Origin: Massalongia carnosa
Taxonomy: Eukaryota
Assembly: GCA_965645245.1 (NCBI GenBank)
Contig: OZ287067.1
Coordinates: 124,001-188,000, forward strand
DNA: 64,000 nt
Direction of reading: 5' to 3'
The notes beneath the pieces were generated by a model. It was given only the letters and a program-made list of their open reading frames with translations, was not told the DNA's origin and made no database searches. Shown here piece by piece: positions 1 to 11,826 of this stretch; the stretch's first letter is position 1, and every line of letters starts with the position of its first letter. The translations under genes were made by a program, and so were the position numbers.

Positions 1-1889
1 CTAGATATGCAACTTCTTTAACATGGAATTTGGATTTGGTGATGTCGCATTGTAGCCCGTTTTCTATCAATTTGTTGAGAACTCTTCTGACATGGATCTC
101 GTGTTCACCTTCGATTTCACTATAGATAAGGATATCATCGAGATAGGCTGTACAGAAATCGTCAAGAAATTCTCGAAGAATGTCGTTGATGAAATGTTGA
201 AAAGAGGCGGGTCCGTTGCACAGACCGAAAGGCAAGACCAGGGATTCGAATAGGCCGAAACGAGTTCGAAAGGCGGTGAGTTCCTCATCCCCCTCTTTGA
301 TTCGAAGGCGATTAAAGGCTGCAATGATATCTAACTTGGTGAATATCTTGGCCCTGGCTAATCGATGCAGGGTTTCAGCAATCAGGGGAAGTGGATATCG
401 ATTTTTTACGGTGACTGCATTGAGACCTCGATAGTCCACGCAAAAGCGAAGTCCTCCTTCCGGCTTTTTTACGAACATAACAGGGGACGCGGCAGGCGAT
501 TTGCTCGCTCGAATGAAACCTTTAGCCAGGTTCTCATCCAGATAGCGACGAAGTTCTTGAATCTCATCACGGCTCATGCCGTAAAGAGCTTGATTGGGTG
601 CCTGAAAGCCTTCTTTTAGCTTGATGGCATGGTCATAGGGTCGATGATCGGCTAAGACGTCAGAGTCTTTTTTGGAAAAGGCGTGCAATAGGTCGTGGTA
701 TTGCTTGGGAAGGAGGAGGGCTGGATCGACGTTTTTCTGCTTGCGATATTCGTCTAATTCTTGGGCGGTCACTGATGTCTGCAGTGTCAGGGCTTGGTTC
801 ATGCGAAACAGGGCTAGATGAAGTTCCTTTTCACTAGGACTGTGACGCGGGTTGGGTTGATAGGTTGGTTTCGGTTTATTCAGACTACTATGGCGACTGA
901 ATTCGGTTGCGGATTAGATTTCGGTTTTGGGTTCGGTTGGGGTCACTCCGAGGAAGCGATCGATTTCTTTCAAGGAGAGGCTAAACATCTCGTGGTTTTC
1001 TTTGCGTCCGAGACAATTGAAGTTCATGGCGCTTATCTCGCAGATGTCCATGACTGAGGGTTTGATTTTTTGCTGAGCGGCGTGTCTTTCGACCGAAGTT
1101 CGTTTGGAGGAGGGGCTTCGGTATCGAATTTTTGGTGGGTTGCCTTGTTCAATCGCTTTTTCAATGCGACTGACGTCTTTCATCTCCTCCTTCACGGAGG
1201 TCTCCTGGCCGACGTTTTTGGGCGTGATTGTGATTTTTGAGGTTTCAATTGAGGTTTCAATTGAGGCTGGATTTATTTCCTCGGATTTCCACACCTCCTG
1301 ACTTTCAGCAGGCGAAAGAAATTCTTCCTCAGTATGAGCTTGTACTTTGACCGGACGAGGAGAGCAGTGAGCGAGGCAGAAAGGAGACGCCAATGATTGA
1401 GAGTTGGTGTTGAAATCGATATGGGCTTGATGCCGACGCAGCCACGGGTGTCCGAGAACAATGGGGTATGTTTTCAATCCAGTTACGAAGAGAAACATTT
1501 TTCCGTGTGTCCGTTTAGATCCATGATTACTTCGGCCGCATGAGTGATGTTTCCAGTCAGGGCCGGTTGACCGTCAAAACCTTCGAGGCGTCGAGCGTAT
1601 TTCAGAGGATGAAGAGGGATTTGATTAGTTTGCGCGAATTTCTTGTCAATGAATGCATAGCCGGATGCACCACAGTCAATCAAACTAAGAGTTTGAATTC
1701 GAGATCTACCGAGACGTAAAGTACATGAAACCACTAAGTGGCTATCTCTAAACGCCTCTTCAGACTCAAATTGCTCCAAAGCGGTTGCTGCAGAAAAGCG
1801 AGTGTTTGATCGGAGGGGGGGAGAAAAAGAATTGGCTAGCAGACAAGAAGAAATGAGAAATGGTTCCTGCGCGCGACGATGCGCAGGAC
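1..1889 (-). pseudogene. pol: Pol of Gypsy A (protease + RT), frameshifted
   Basis: -1 frame relative to gag is open into LIDCGASGYAF protease; frameshift near 1490; RT motifs further left. Confidence 0.85.
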
Positions 1890-3047
1890 CTAGGCTTTTT
1901 TCGAGTCTTCGAGCTCGGAAATGGAGGTCGTATCTGATGAGCGAAGACTGGTTTTCTTATTAGGACAGTCGATGGCTGTCTTCCCCGGGTGTTTTTGCTT
2001 GCAATAATGGCAGAGATTCCATTTATCACAGATATCCCTCACCCCTTCCGTTTTCAGAGATTTACCTTTGACGGCTGCCATAGCCTGGCTCAGGTCCATG
2101 GGATCTCCGATAGAAGAAGTTGGGACTGGTGCGGAAGGGATATCCGGTATGCGAGCAAGGGGTGCGGCGAGAGTGATGGTCGGGTTATCCTTTCGCTGAG
2201 ACGAGGTGGTTGTGGATGTCGGGATAGTCCTGTTGTTGGGAGCCAGGTGTTTGATCTGGCGAATTTTCCGATCGGTATTCAACCACATTGCGACATGTTG
2301 ATCGAAGGTGACTGGTTGCAGGTTGGTTCCGGGGACTCGATAGTGGACGGCGGCGGCTTGAATGACATAATTGATGTTGGACTTCATGGCATCATTTAGA
2401 GAAGCATCCTCCATTTTGGAGCGATCCTTCTTCTGGGCGAATAGGTTATAGTACTCTTCGAAACTCAGAGTACCCTGTTTAAGGGTTTCGCGAAGATACT
2501 TGCGAGCATCTTCCTGCTCGAAGGGGTTACCGCAAGCCTTACGAAGAGCGGTACGCCATTCGAAGAAGGTCTTCAGCGTGCAGATGCCGTCTAATCGATA
2601 GGCGTTCATGAGGTTGTGAGCTCTTTTCCCAATGGTGAGTCGGTTCTCCGCATAGGCGATCTTGGCGACGTCGGTTGGATAACGATCATGATTAACATGC
2701 ATTCGTTGGATCAGGCTTTGTTCCCAGGAGTCCGATTTGGCTTCCTCACCATCGTATTCGGAGATGTCAGGGAGCTTCTCGGAACGGATATCGACGGGTT
2801 TCTTGGCTAAGAGGATCTTCATCACCTCAGCCAGCTGAGAGTCCAAGGTGGGATTGATAGCGGGAGCGGGAACGGGAGTGGGGACAGGAGCCTGAGTCGA
2901 CAAAGCATCGATTCGTCGATGAAGTTCCGCATTCTCGGCTTGCATGCGAGCGATGCTATCAACGAGTCCTTGAGGGTTGTCGTTGATATGTCCTTGAAGA
3001 TATTCTGCGGCGGTTTGAGTTGATTCGGTATCCATTTGCTCAGTCAT
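1890..3047 (-). CDS. gag: Gag of Gypsy A
   Basis: 385-aa ORF with retrotransposon-gag-like core (LKQGTLSFEEYYNLF), DPMDL motif and CHYCKQKHPGKTAIDC knuckle. Confidence 0.85.
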   Translation of the reverse strand: MTEQMDTESTQTAAEYLQGHINDNPQGLVDSIARMQAENAELHRRIDALSTQAPVPTPVPAPAINPTLDSQLAEVMKILLAKKPVDIRSEKLPDISEYDGEEAKSDSWEQSLIQRMHVNHDRYPTDVAKIAYAENRLTIGKRAHNLMNAYRLDGICTLKTFFEWRTALRKACGNPFEQEDARKYLRETLKQGTLSFEEYYNLFAQKKDRSKMEDASLNDAMKSNINYVIQAAAVHYRVPGTNLQPVTFDQHVAMWLNTDRKIRQIKHLAPNNRTIPTSTTTSSQRKDNPTITLAAPLARIPDIPSAPVPTSSIGDPMDLSQAMAAVKGKSLKTEGVRDICDKWNLCHYCKQKHPGKTAIDCPNKKTSLRSSDTTSISELEDSKKA

Positions 3048-3545
3048 GACGATGGATTATAGGAGAGGAGATAAATCAAAGAAAAATTGCTTTGGAGGGC
3101 ACTTATAATGATCAGGTCCGACGTAATGTCAAGGACTGGGTTGGCAATTGAACTAATGTTCCTAGGAATTGGATTGGATGATCAAGATGTCTTTATTAAT
3201 GAGGCTATAGCTAGGAGGTGGTTTGCTATACAAGACGTCGGACGAGGAGTCAGCTATCTACTGGATATGTCCTCTTTTTATACCTGAGCCAGCCCCTTCT
3301 TTCTCATGTTTTACCTTCACCCTAGATGAGAGATTTGGGTGATGGTGGCGGCGATAAGATGGAGCGATAAGTGGGCCAGTGGATGTGATCGTTCTAGCGA
3401 TAAGAGGGTATAGTGGAGTGAGGAGATTGGTGGAGTGGAGAAAGGGGTTTATTCAGACTCATACCGAGGATGAATCTGAATAGGCTTTCAGGTGGCTTTT
3501 ACCTCGATCGCCGCTTGGCGGTTCGGGGTAATCAATTAGGTTTTA

Positions 3546-4887
3546 CAGTCCCGTGCCAAAAGTCTGCGGCCCAACCCGTAATTTTCGTGATTTCGCGTTT
3601 TCAACTCATCAACCCCCCATCTTCCACCTCATCATTTCACCATGCTTCGTGCTTCTTTGACCCCCATAAGTGGTAATCGGCCTCGTAACACTGAATTGAC
3701 GCCATATCAACGTGGTATGATTGTTGGGGCCCAGGCGTTGGGGCACACACCGACCGAGATTGGGAAGACTCTTAATTTCACTAAATCGACCGTGCAGAGC
3801 ACCATTCAGAAGCACTCAATTCGCAACGACGGCGTGTCTAAATCACGTTCTGGACGGCCTGAAGTGCTGTCAGAATGCGATCGACGTTATATCATCAAGC
3901 ATGCACGAATCAATCCACGAATCACTTATGCACAAATCAAACTAGAAGTGGGGCTCGGCTGCAGTCGTACGACTATTTATCGGGCACTCAAACTGTATGG
4001 TTTAACCAACTGGGTGGCTAAAAAACGACCTTTATTGACGCCTGAGGTGGCCAAGAAACGATTGGATTGGTGCTTGCTGCGGCGTGAGTGGACTTTTGAG
4101 CAGTGGTCAAGAGTTATATGGTCAGATGAGTGCTCGGTGGAAAAGGGGTCAGGAAAACAGCGTCAGTGGGTGTTCAGATTGCCAAAAGAAAAATGGAATA
4201 AAGAGATGATACAACCTGTCCCTAAAGGCAAAGGAGTCAGTGTCATGGTCTGGGCAGCTTTTTGGGGAGATGAAAGGTTAGATCTTTACAAATTGGCTCG
4301 TGATTTTGCTGCGAAGAAGATGGGGTACTCGGCGAACTCATATATGGAAGGAATTATTGAACGATAATCTGCTTGGAATTTGGCAACCGGGCCTCATTTT
4401 CATGCAGGATAACGCACCTATACATAAGGCTAAAAAGGTGATGGAATGGTTCAATGAGAACGGCATAGAGGTCATCGATTGGTCCCCCTATTCACCGGAT
4501 TTAAAGCCCATCGAGCACGTCTGGTATGTGCTCAAAAAGCTCGTCTATCAAGTCAACCCGGACATAGATTTGGTGATCGGCAGTGATGAAAATGTTCGTG
4601 AGGTACTTTGGAAAGCGTTAGAAGAAGCCTGGACGTAGATAGATGTGAAAATGATGAGGAGGTTAATAGAGAGCATGAATAGGAGGATAAAAGCGTGTAT
4701 AGCGTCGGAAGGATGGTATACTAAATATTAAAAATCAATTTTTGGGGGAATTCTTGTTTAGTATGTATGTAATCATTATGTAAAGTTTCAAGACATTTCA
4801 GCAATCGTGACGTGGTTGATTGTTGATTGAATAGAATGATTGAAATGTTGGTGGGGTGCGGGGCCGCAGACCTTTGGCCTAGTACTG
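3546..4887 (+). mobile_element. Tc1/impala-like DNA transposon
   Basis: 27-bp imperfect TIRs (CAGTCCCGTGCCAAAAGTCTGCGGCCC vs CAGTACTAGGCCAAAGGTCTGCGGCCC); TA duplications at 3544-3545 and 4888-4889. Confidence 0.95.
3642..4730 (+). pseudogene. Tc1-family DD34E transposase, disrupted
   Basis: HTH with GRP, WSDE, QDNAPIH...SPDLKPIE (34 residues between D and E), C-terminal GWYTKY. Frameshift near 4350 and in-frame TAG at 4636-4638. Confidence 0.92.
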
Positions 4888-4971
4888 TAACTCAAACTTT
4901 ATTTCATGACAATAGGCCTGTGCAGCCGAGAGTCGGGATAAAAGGGGCTTTTTGCTGTAGTTTTCTCCTAA

Positions 4972-5160
4972 ACCTACACATCTCTACATATCCAGCTCAC
5001 ACCTACATATCTTTTCACATCTATCTCACACCTTTATATCTCTACAAATACATCTCTATAAACCAATACATTTCTACATATGTACCTTCACATCTCTACA
5101 TATCCATCTCACATCTACAAATCTTTTCAAACATCTACATATATCACACGACACATATCA
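4972..5160. repeat. Degenerate ACATCTCTAC-like low-complexity tandem repeat
   Basis: Recurrent CATCT(CT)ACA units; almost no G on the plus strand. Confidence 0.6.
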
Positions 5161-5241
5161 TCTTTGTCACCTAGCTATGCCGCGCAACGGGTTGGGTTTT
5201 CGCCCCAAAAATGTTTTTTCGCCACCGGGTTTTTCTTTGAA

Positions 5242-5422
5242 TGTCAGGGTCCTAGCCTGACATAAGGCTGAGATGGAAGGGGGGATCACGGGAGCACGCG
5301 AGGCTAGCGCGACACTCGGTACAGATATTTCTAGCGAGTCGCACACAATGATTCTTTTCTTCTTTTGTAGATAAATTTTAGTTTAATAGCGGTTGATTAG
5401 AATCGACGACAGCTTCCTTACA
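5242..5422 (+). repeat. 5' LTR of Gypsy B
   Basis: Direct repeat of 16666-16846. Confidence 0.97.
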
Positions 5423-5617
5423 CAATTTTTCTACCTATTAGTATTCTTTCTTCCAGAACTTCCAGTAGGGACGAGGTCCCGTTCCAGCAACTTTCTTCCA
5501 GATAGGGTGAAAACCCGTTCCAGTAACTTTCCAGACTGATCGTTTGTGCGAATCCAAACCGATCCAAATTCCAGAACTTCCAGAACTTTTAGAATCAGGG
5601 AATCAAGGAATCCAGTC

Positions 5618-7262
5618 ATGAGCTCAAAAACGCCCATGACGGCGAGAAAGGCCGTAGCCCCTCCCGCAGAGGCCCAGACCGGCCTAGCATTTAACACCCG
5701 CGCTCGTTCCGTCTCCCGCCATTCGTCTCGCTCGGATAGCAGCATGCCGGGAACGTTTGAAGACTCCGAATTACCTCAGAACGAACAGATTAAAGAAACA
5801 ACGTAGGGGACGTGGGAAAAAACCCCAAGAGCAGGACGTGAAAAAGAAAGGAGTTTTTTCAGAAGATCGATGTCTCCGATCATCCATATTACGAGAAGGA
5901 TGCCGCGGAACATCCGTCCCACGTTGCAGCACACAATTTGAAGGAATTGCAGAGCATTTTGCGAGACGAGAAAGAAGGACCCCGATGGTATGACTTCCTC
6001 GCGAGAGCGCTCGAATACGACTAGACCCTATTCAACAAATACATCTCCTTGCAGGGCGACCTGGAGAAGCTTGGCGAGGCCAAAAAGATCAACAGACGTT
6101 ACAAACAAGTACATGAACGTCTCATCACGGAAAAAGACGATGCCGCACGAGAGGCCCTTCTCGCGCAAGAAGAACTATCGCATAGAGATATCGAATTGGA
6201 GGCAATGACTATAGCAAAAGAGAGATTACAGAAAGACATAGACTCCCTGGTCCGCCAGTTAGCGGAAACACGGGAAACACCACGTCATCAACGAGAAGAT
6301 ACCGTTGCTACCCGAAGCACCAACGCCAACCCCCAGAATTGGTGACCCCGTGGTATAAACCCTAGCAAGCCACTTAAAGGTGAGGACTCGGAGGAGTATA
6401 GCCCTTGGGCGTACTCCGTCCGCAATAAACTGAAGACAGACGCACCCCTCTACGCCGATGAGAACGAAAAGGTCGGTTACACGCTGTCTCAAATGGAAGC
6501 GCCGATCTTCGGGGCTATGCACTCTTGGATAGTGGATATGGGAGACTCACTATCGGCCGACGCTTTATTCGAAGAGATAGAGCACTATATGGGCATTCAC
6601 CTCCAGAGCCGCGACGCCAAGAAAGAACTCCTCACCGTCACCATGAAAGGGGGCGAAAGCGTCAGCGAGTATTATCACCGAATCTTCAAGATATGGCAGA
6701 AAGCCAAAACTCCCGTTGACGAGCGAATTGAGAAGTTCCTCGTGACGTTAAAGCCTAGCATCTCCAACTCTCTTATGGGTTCAGTCTTTACTGATTTTCG
6801 CCCTTTACTTGACGAAGCACGAAGAATCGAAGACCGCCGCAAAGATGTGGCGCACCACTTTCCTCGTCCCGATAAACCAGCCGCAACGAAGAATTCCAGC
6901 CAACGAAGTTACTTCTCCGGCGGACAATCCTCAACCCAGTCCTCCGGCGGAAGTCTGCCTCATCCTCCATCAATCAAACCAGCTCCAAGAAATCTGATGA
7001 TCGGCCAAATGCGAAGCTGATGCCAACGATAGTCAAACCGGCCGGTTGGGTAGGCACCTGGTATGATCCAGACCCAAACCCAAAGAAGCTGAAGGACGAC
7101 GAGCGCGAGTCCCTCTCCCGTCAACGCCGATGCTGGGCATGCAGGGGATCAGGACATCGAGGGAACGATACCATTTGTCCTCAATACAGGGACAAGAACT
7201 TGAGCACCATGAGGACAACAGAAACAGATTCGGGAGCGGAATCTGAGGCGGGAAAAGCCTAG
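5618..7262 (+). pseudogene. gag: Gag of Gypsy B, fragmented
   Basis: Coiled-coil and capsid-like fragments (MKGGESVSEYY) and CWACRGSGHRGNDTIC knuckle spread over several frames. Confidence 0.8.
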
Positions 7263-10203
7263 TCCTTGATCTAAATCGCGATCAAGGGCTTACAAACAAG
7301 GAGGTTGTTAATGGGAACGGTGACACTGAAACGAAAATGGTTAGGGTCTCTACTTGTGCTGTCCGCGATACTGAAAAGAAAATCGAGGGCAAGCATTTAG
7401 TTTTTAAAACTAGCATAGCTGGAATTAAAACCCGTTTACTTATCGATAATGGAAGTGAAGCTGAACTCATTGACGAATCCTTTGTGCGTAAACACAAATT
7501 GAACACCTTCAAATTGGATAAGAAGGTGAAACTTACTTTGGGAAATGGAGAGGTAGTGCAGCTCCTCTCGAAGGCCGCCTTGATCGACGTGAAAATCGGA
7601 GATCACGAAGAGCAAGTCTTATGTTATTTGGCAAATCTAGAAGCGTATGCAGTCATTTTAGGGGATGGATGGCTGCAAACGCACAACCCAATGATCAATT
7701 GGAAAGAGAGAACGATGAAGTTCAACTCATCAGATTGTCTTGAAAAAGGATGTCTTACACGAGGGATAACTTGCACCGAATTCGCTGTCGGAAGCAAAGT
7801 TAAGAATAGGATCGAGTCTAACGAAGACATCGAAGTTCTTCCAGTCAACGCAAAACACCTCTTTCGAATGGCCAGAAAGAAGGATCACGACGGCTATCTA
7901 TGGATTCCTCGAGAAACAAAGAAGGCTTTCTGCGCAACTACCACCGGAGCAGTGACATCAGGAGATTACGACAAGTTCATGAAGGGAAAACCGGAATACA
8001 CCCGAGAGGAGTAGTTGAAGAGTCTCCCAGCAGCTTTATCACAGCGTAATAGATGTTTTCATGAAGCACAAGGCGGATGAACTGCCTGAACACCAGAAGG
8101 AGGATCATCAGATAAATCTCGAAGCGGGAAAAGAAGCTCCGTACGTAAGGAACTATAAACCCATGTCAGAACAAGAATTGGACGCGGTTAAGAAATACAT
8201 CGACGAGCATAGCATCTGGGAAAAGGCTTCATCCGTCCAAGTTTGTCAAGCGCAGCAGCCCCCGTTCTTTTAGTTAGAAAACCAGGGGGGGTTTAAGATT
8301 TTGCGTAGATTATAGAGCCTTAAACTCCATCACGATCAAGAACAGGTACCCAATACTGTTGATAAATGAAACGTTGGGAAAACTATCACAAGCCAAGAAG
8401 TTCACAAAACTGGATGTGATTACCGCTTTCAATCGTATGAGAATGAAGGAAGGCCACGAATGGCTCACGGCTTTCAATACCAGATATGGTCAGTTCGAAT
8501 ATCTGGTAATGCCATTCGGTCTCTGCAACGCTCCGGGAACCTTCCAGAGCTTCATTAACGATACAGTCAGAGAATACTTAGACGTCTTCTGCACTGCGTA
8601 CTTGGACGATGTCCTAATTTATAGCGAAAAAGAAGAAGAGCATTCCGAACAAGTGTTAAAAGTTCTAACTCGATTGAAGGAGAAAGGACTGCAAGTGGAC
8701 ATAGACAAATGCGAATTCTCTGTGACGGAAGTAAAGTATCTTGGATTGATAGTTACCACCGATGGAATAAAGATGGACTCGGAGAAAATCGAGGCGATTC
8801 TGAAATGGGAAACCCCAGGCTCCGTAAAAGACGTGCAAGCATTTTTAGGCTTTGCGAATTTTTATCGACGATTTATATCGAGATTTTCGCAACGGACGAG
8901 ATCGTTAACAGAATTAACAAAGGGCGAACAAATAACGACAAATTCAGGAAAGAAACGAACCAAGTATAACTCGTTCGTATGGTCTGAAGATTGTCAAAGG
9001 CCTTCGAAGATTTAAAAATTGCGTTCACCACCGCTCCCGTCTTAGCACATTACGATCCGGCTCTGGAAACATGGGTCGAGACTGACTCTTCAGATTTCGT
9101 CAGCGCCGGAGTACTCTCTCAAATACACGATGGAGTACTGAAACCGGTAGCCTATTTTTCCAAGAAGATGACCCCTGCCGAGTGTAACTATATGATTTAT
9201 GATAAGGAACTCCTCGCTATTGTAAAGAGTTTCGAAGTCTGGCGCCCCGAGGTTGCAAGTGCTACTCCTGATAAACCTGTTAAAGTATACACCGATCACA
9301 AGAACTTAGAGCACTTCATGACCACGAAGCAGCTAAACAGAAGGCAAGCCCGATGGGCCGAATTTCTTTCCGAATTTAATTTCAAGATTATGTATCGACC
9401 GGAAAAGCAAGGAGAGAAACCGGATACGCTTACTCGACGCTCTCAAGATCTCCCGAAAGGATTCGAAGATATCAGAGAGCAACATCAGTTTCAAACGCTG
9501 CTTCAAGAGCATCAACTAGATGACGCTGTATGAAAAGCGTTAGCAGTCGTGTTCTGCGCAAACACAGCGGACGACGACGACGACGACGACGATAACAATC
9601 AAGATAATCAAAGCGAATTCATCGAGGAAGACACAACAGGATCGGAAGAACCCAACGCAGAACCTACATCAGTAATCGACGAGACCGAGAGCTCAGTAAC
9701 GAAGACTTTGGAGGAACTAATTGAAGAAGCTTACGGAAAAGGCGAAACAGTTCAAGACATAGTAGCAGCAAAGAGGAAGGAACTGAGGAAACTCCCTTTG
9801 AACCTCATAAAAAGCGGAATAAAGCTAGCAATGGGGGAGCTCAAACTAGAAAACGACAAGCTGTATGTCAAAGGAAGACTATACGTACCAGATTACGAGC
9901 CATTGCAGCTACATTTACTGAAAAAGCATCACGAACCACCATTACAGGGCCATCCGGGATACAAAAGTATGTATCAGATAATGAGAGAAAATTATTTCTG
10001 GTTTGAAATGAAGGATCACTGCAAGAGATACGCAGTTAACTGCTCCGTATGCCGAAGATCAAGAGCATACAACAGTGTTACTAACAATAACATAATAATC
10101 TTTACTGAAAATATATACAGGTTTTATCAATTTGCGAAGGAAATCTTTTTATATTTTACAATTAATTATCTTCTTTCGAAAATAAGAGAAAATATTGGTA
10201 CAA

Positions 10204-11826
10204 ATGATGATCAACAAATCTACACAAGACCGCGAGAGACGCAAGAAGGAGCAGGAGAAGACGATAAAGCTCTTGGGAGCAAAGATAGATGAGTATTTAA
10301 AGCTTGGCAACAGCTCAGGAGACCCAGTGGCGCACTCTTTGTTAAATGAGGTAAAAGCCACGTTGCAGACGCAGATCCATATTAACTCGGAAAATGAAGA
10401 CACCAGCATGGTGGCGGAATCCCTACGGGACATAAAGAACGCGCTCAATCGCATGGAAGGCGTTAGAAAGAACAACGAGCCCACCACAAGCTATGCCACC
10501 GCGGCAACCCCATCGACATCCCGAGCCCAAGTCGGGCCCAACCCAACGTACAATCTAAGACACCCAAGACCTCAAAAAACCAAAGAACTATCCCCTAGCG
10601 AGGCCAAAAGAGCCCGGGAGGTCACACTACGGTTCACCAATGAGGCCGATCGAGAAAGAGTAAGACAGCTGCCCACCCAGGAGCTGGTGGAATCGCTGCA
10701 GAAAAATGTCGGAGGAATAGTGGGAATATCTCGACTCACAAGCGGGGACATACGGATCCACGCAGAATCAGCAGAGATCAAGAAGACCCTACACGAGAAC
10801 ACCAAGTGGATCACCGCGGTCGCAGCGTCAGCCACGGTCCAGCGCCGCACCTTTGCAGTACGAGCTAGCGGAGTCAAGGTGGAACATATCGATGCCACCA
10901 ATCAGAATCAAATCATACAGTACCTGCAGACAGCTAATGCACGATTACACCCAGGCCTAAAAATCACGAGGATCGCCTGGTCGTTCAGGGCTATCAAAGA
11001 AAAGAAGGCATACTCATCGCTGCACATAGAAGTAGAGACCCCTGCTATGGCCAACCGCCTCATTAACGAAGGCTTCCTGGTCGACCACGAGATAAAGAAC
11101 TGCGAAAAATTTGCGAAGAGCTGCAAGCTGACGCAGTGCTTTAACTGCTACAAATACGGACATATAGGAAAACGTTGCCGCAATCCTACGGCGTGCGGCC
11201 ACTGCGCCGGCGGGCATCCGACCAACGAATGCAACCCGGAAACAACCGGTAGACAGAAGAGATGCGCATGCTGCGACGAGAGAGGCCACGTAGCGTGGGC
11301 CCCCACATGCAAACTCAGGATACAAGAAATGAGCAAGATAGAGAAGGCTAGGAAAAGCTCGTCGCAGCTCTTCGCTACGGGCGACCCGATCGTAGCACGA
11401 TCATTCATCTTTTCGTCCCAGGCCCCAACTGACAAAGAAAGCAATGCAGCACTAGGAGAGGCAACGGAAAGCCCCGTCAATGGTATCCCGAAAGTTGCCA
11501 GCAGCAAGAAAAGAAAAACCGCCCCAGCCGGCTCTCATGAAGTATCGCCGGCAGGCCCAAGCCGCCCAACAGGAACGTCGTGGAAGGACACAGAGATCAT
11601 GAAGCCCATGAACATGCAAAGAGCAATGGCAAAGCCCATTCTAGGCAGACCACCCAACACGTCAACGACGATGGCTGCAACACCCGCCCCCACCCGCACC
11701 AATCCCGCCGCCCACCCGCTGCAACCCTCCCCGCCGACCCCCGACACACCTCCCCCCCTCGACGACCAAGGACTAATCACCCGCACCGCTCCTGCAACGG
11801 ACGTAATGGAAGAAGGATGTTTATGA
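10204..11826 (+). CDS. LINE ORF1 (gag-like nucleic-acid-binding protein)
   Basis: Three Cys/His knuckles: CFNCYKYGHIGKRC, CGHCAGGHPTNEC, CACCDERGH...C. Confidence 0.92.
   Translation: MMINKSTQDRERRKKEQEKTIKLLGAKIDEYLKLGNSSGDPVAHSLLNEVKATLQTQIHINSENEDTSMVAESLRDIKNALNRMEGVRKNNEPTTSYATAATPSTSRAQVGPNPTYNLRHPRPQKTKELSPSEAKRAREVTLRFTNEADRERVRQLPTQELVESLQKNVGGIVGISRLTSGDIRIHAESAEIKKTLHENTKWITAVAASATVQRRTFAVRASGVKVEHIDATNQNQIIQYLQTANARLHPGLKITRIAWSFRAIKEKKAYSSLHIEVETPAMANRLINEGFLVDHEIKNCEKFAKSCKLTQCFNCYKYGHIGKRCRNPTACGHCAGGHPTNECNPETTGRQKRCACCDERGHVAWAPTCKLRIQEMSKIEKARKSSSQLFATGDPIVARSFIFSSQAPTDKESNAALGEATESPVNGIPKVASSKKRKTAPAGSHEVSPAGPSRPTGTSWKDTEIMKPMNMQRAMAKPILGRPPNTSTTMAATPAPTRTNPAAHPLQPSPPTPDTPPPLDDQGLITRTAPATDVMEEGCL

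Larger units (their letters stand above)
1..4911 (-). mobile_element. Ty3/Gypsy LTR retrotransposon A (continues beyond left edge of window)
   Basis: Minus-strand order LTR, gag (CxxC..H..C knuckle), protease (LIDCGA), RT (YLDDILIY at ~120-145). LTR termini TGTCA (3127) and TGACA (4911). Confidence 0.92.
3127..4911 (-). repeat. 5' LTR of Gypsy A (~440 bp), split by Tc1 insertion
   Basis: TGTCA...TGACA inverted termini; minus-strand TATAAAAA at 3275-3282; last ~22 bp lie beyond the Tc1 element. No second LTR in window to confirm. Confidence 0.7.

Noticed and set aside
9570..9592. (GAC)n microsatellite as a functional element
   Set aside because: Simple poly-Asp tract in the Gypsy B RNase H-integrase linker.
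9549..10292. 247-aa ORF as an independent gene
   Set aside because: Chimera of Gypsy B integrase N-terminus reading into the LINE 5' UTR.
11580..11822. Long N-terminal extension of LINE ORF2 in the ORF track
   Set aside because: Non-ATG start overlapping ORF1; endonuclease motifs begin right after the ATG at 11823.
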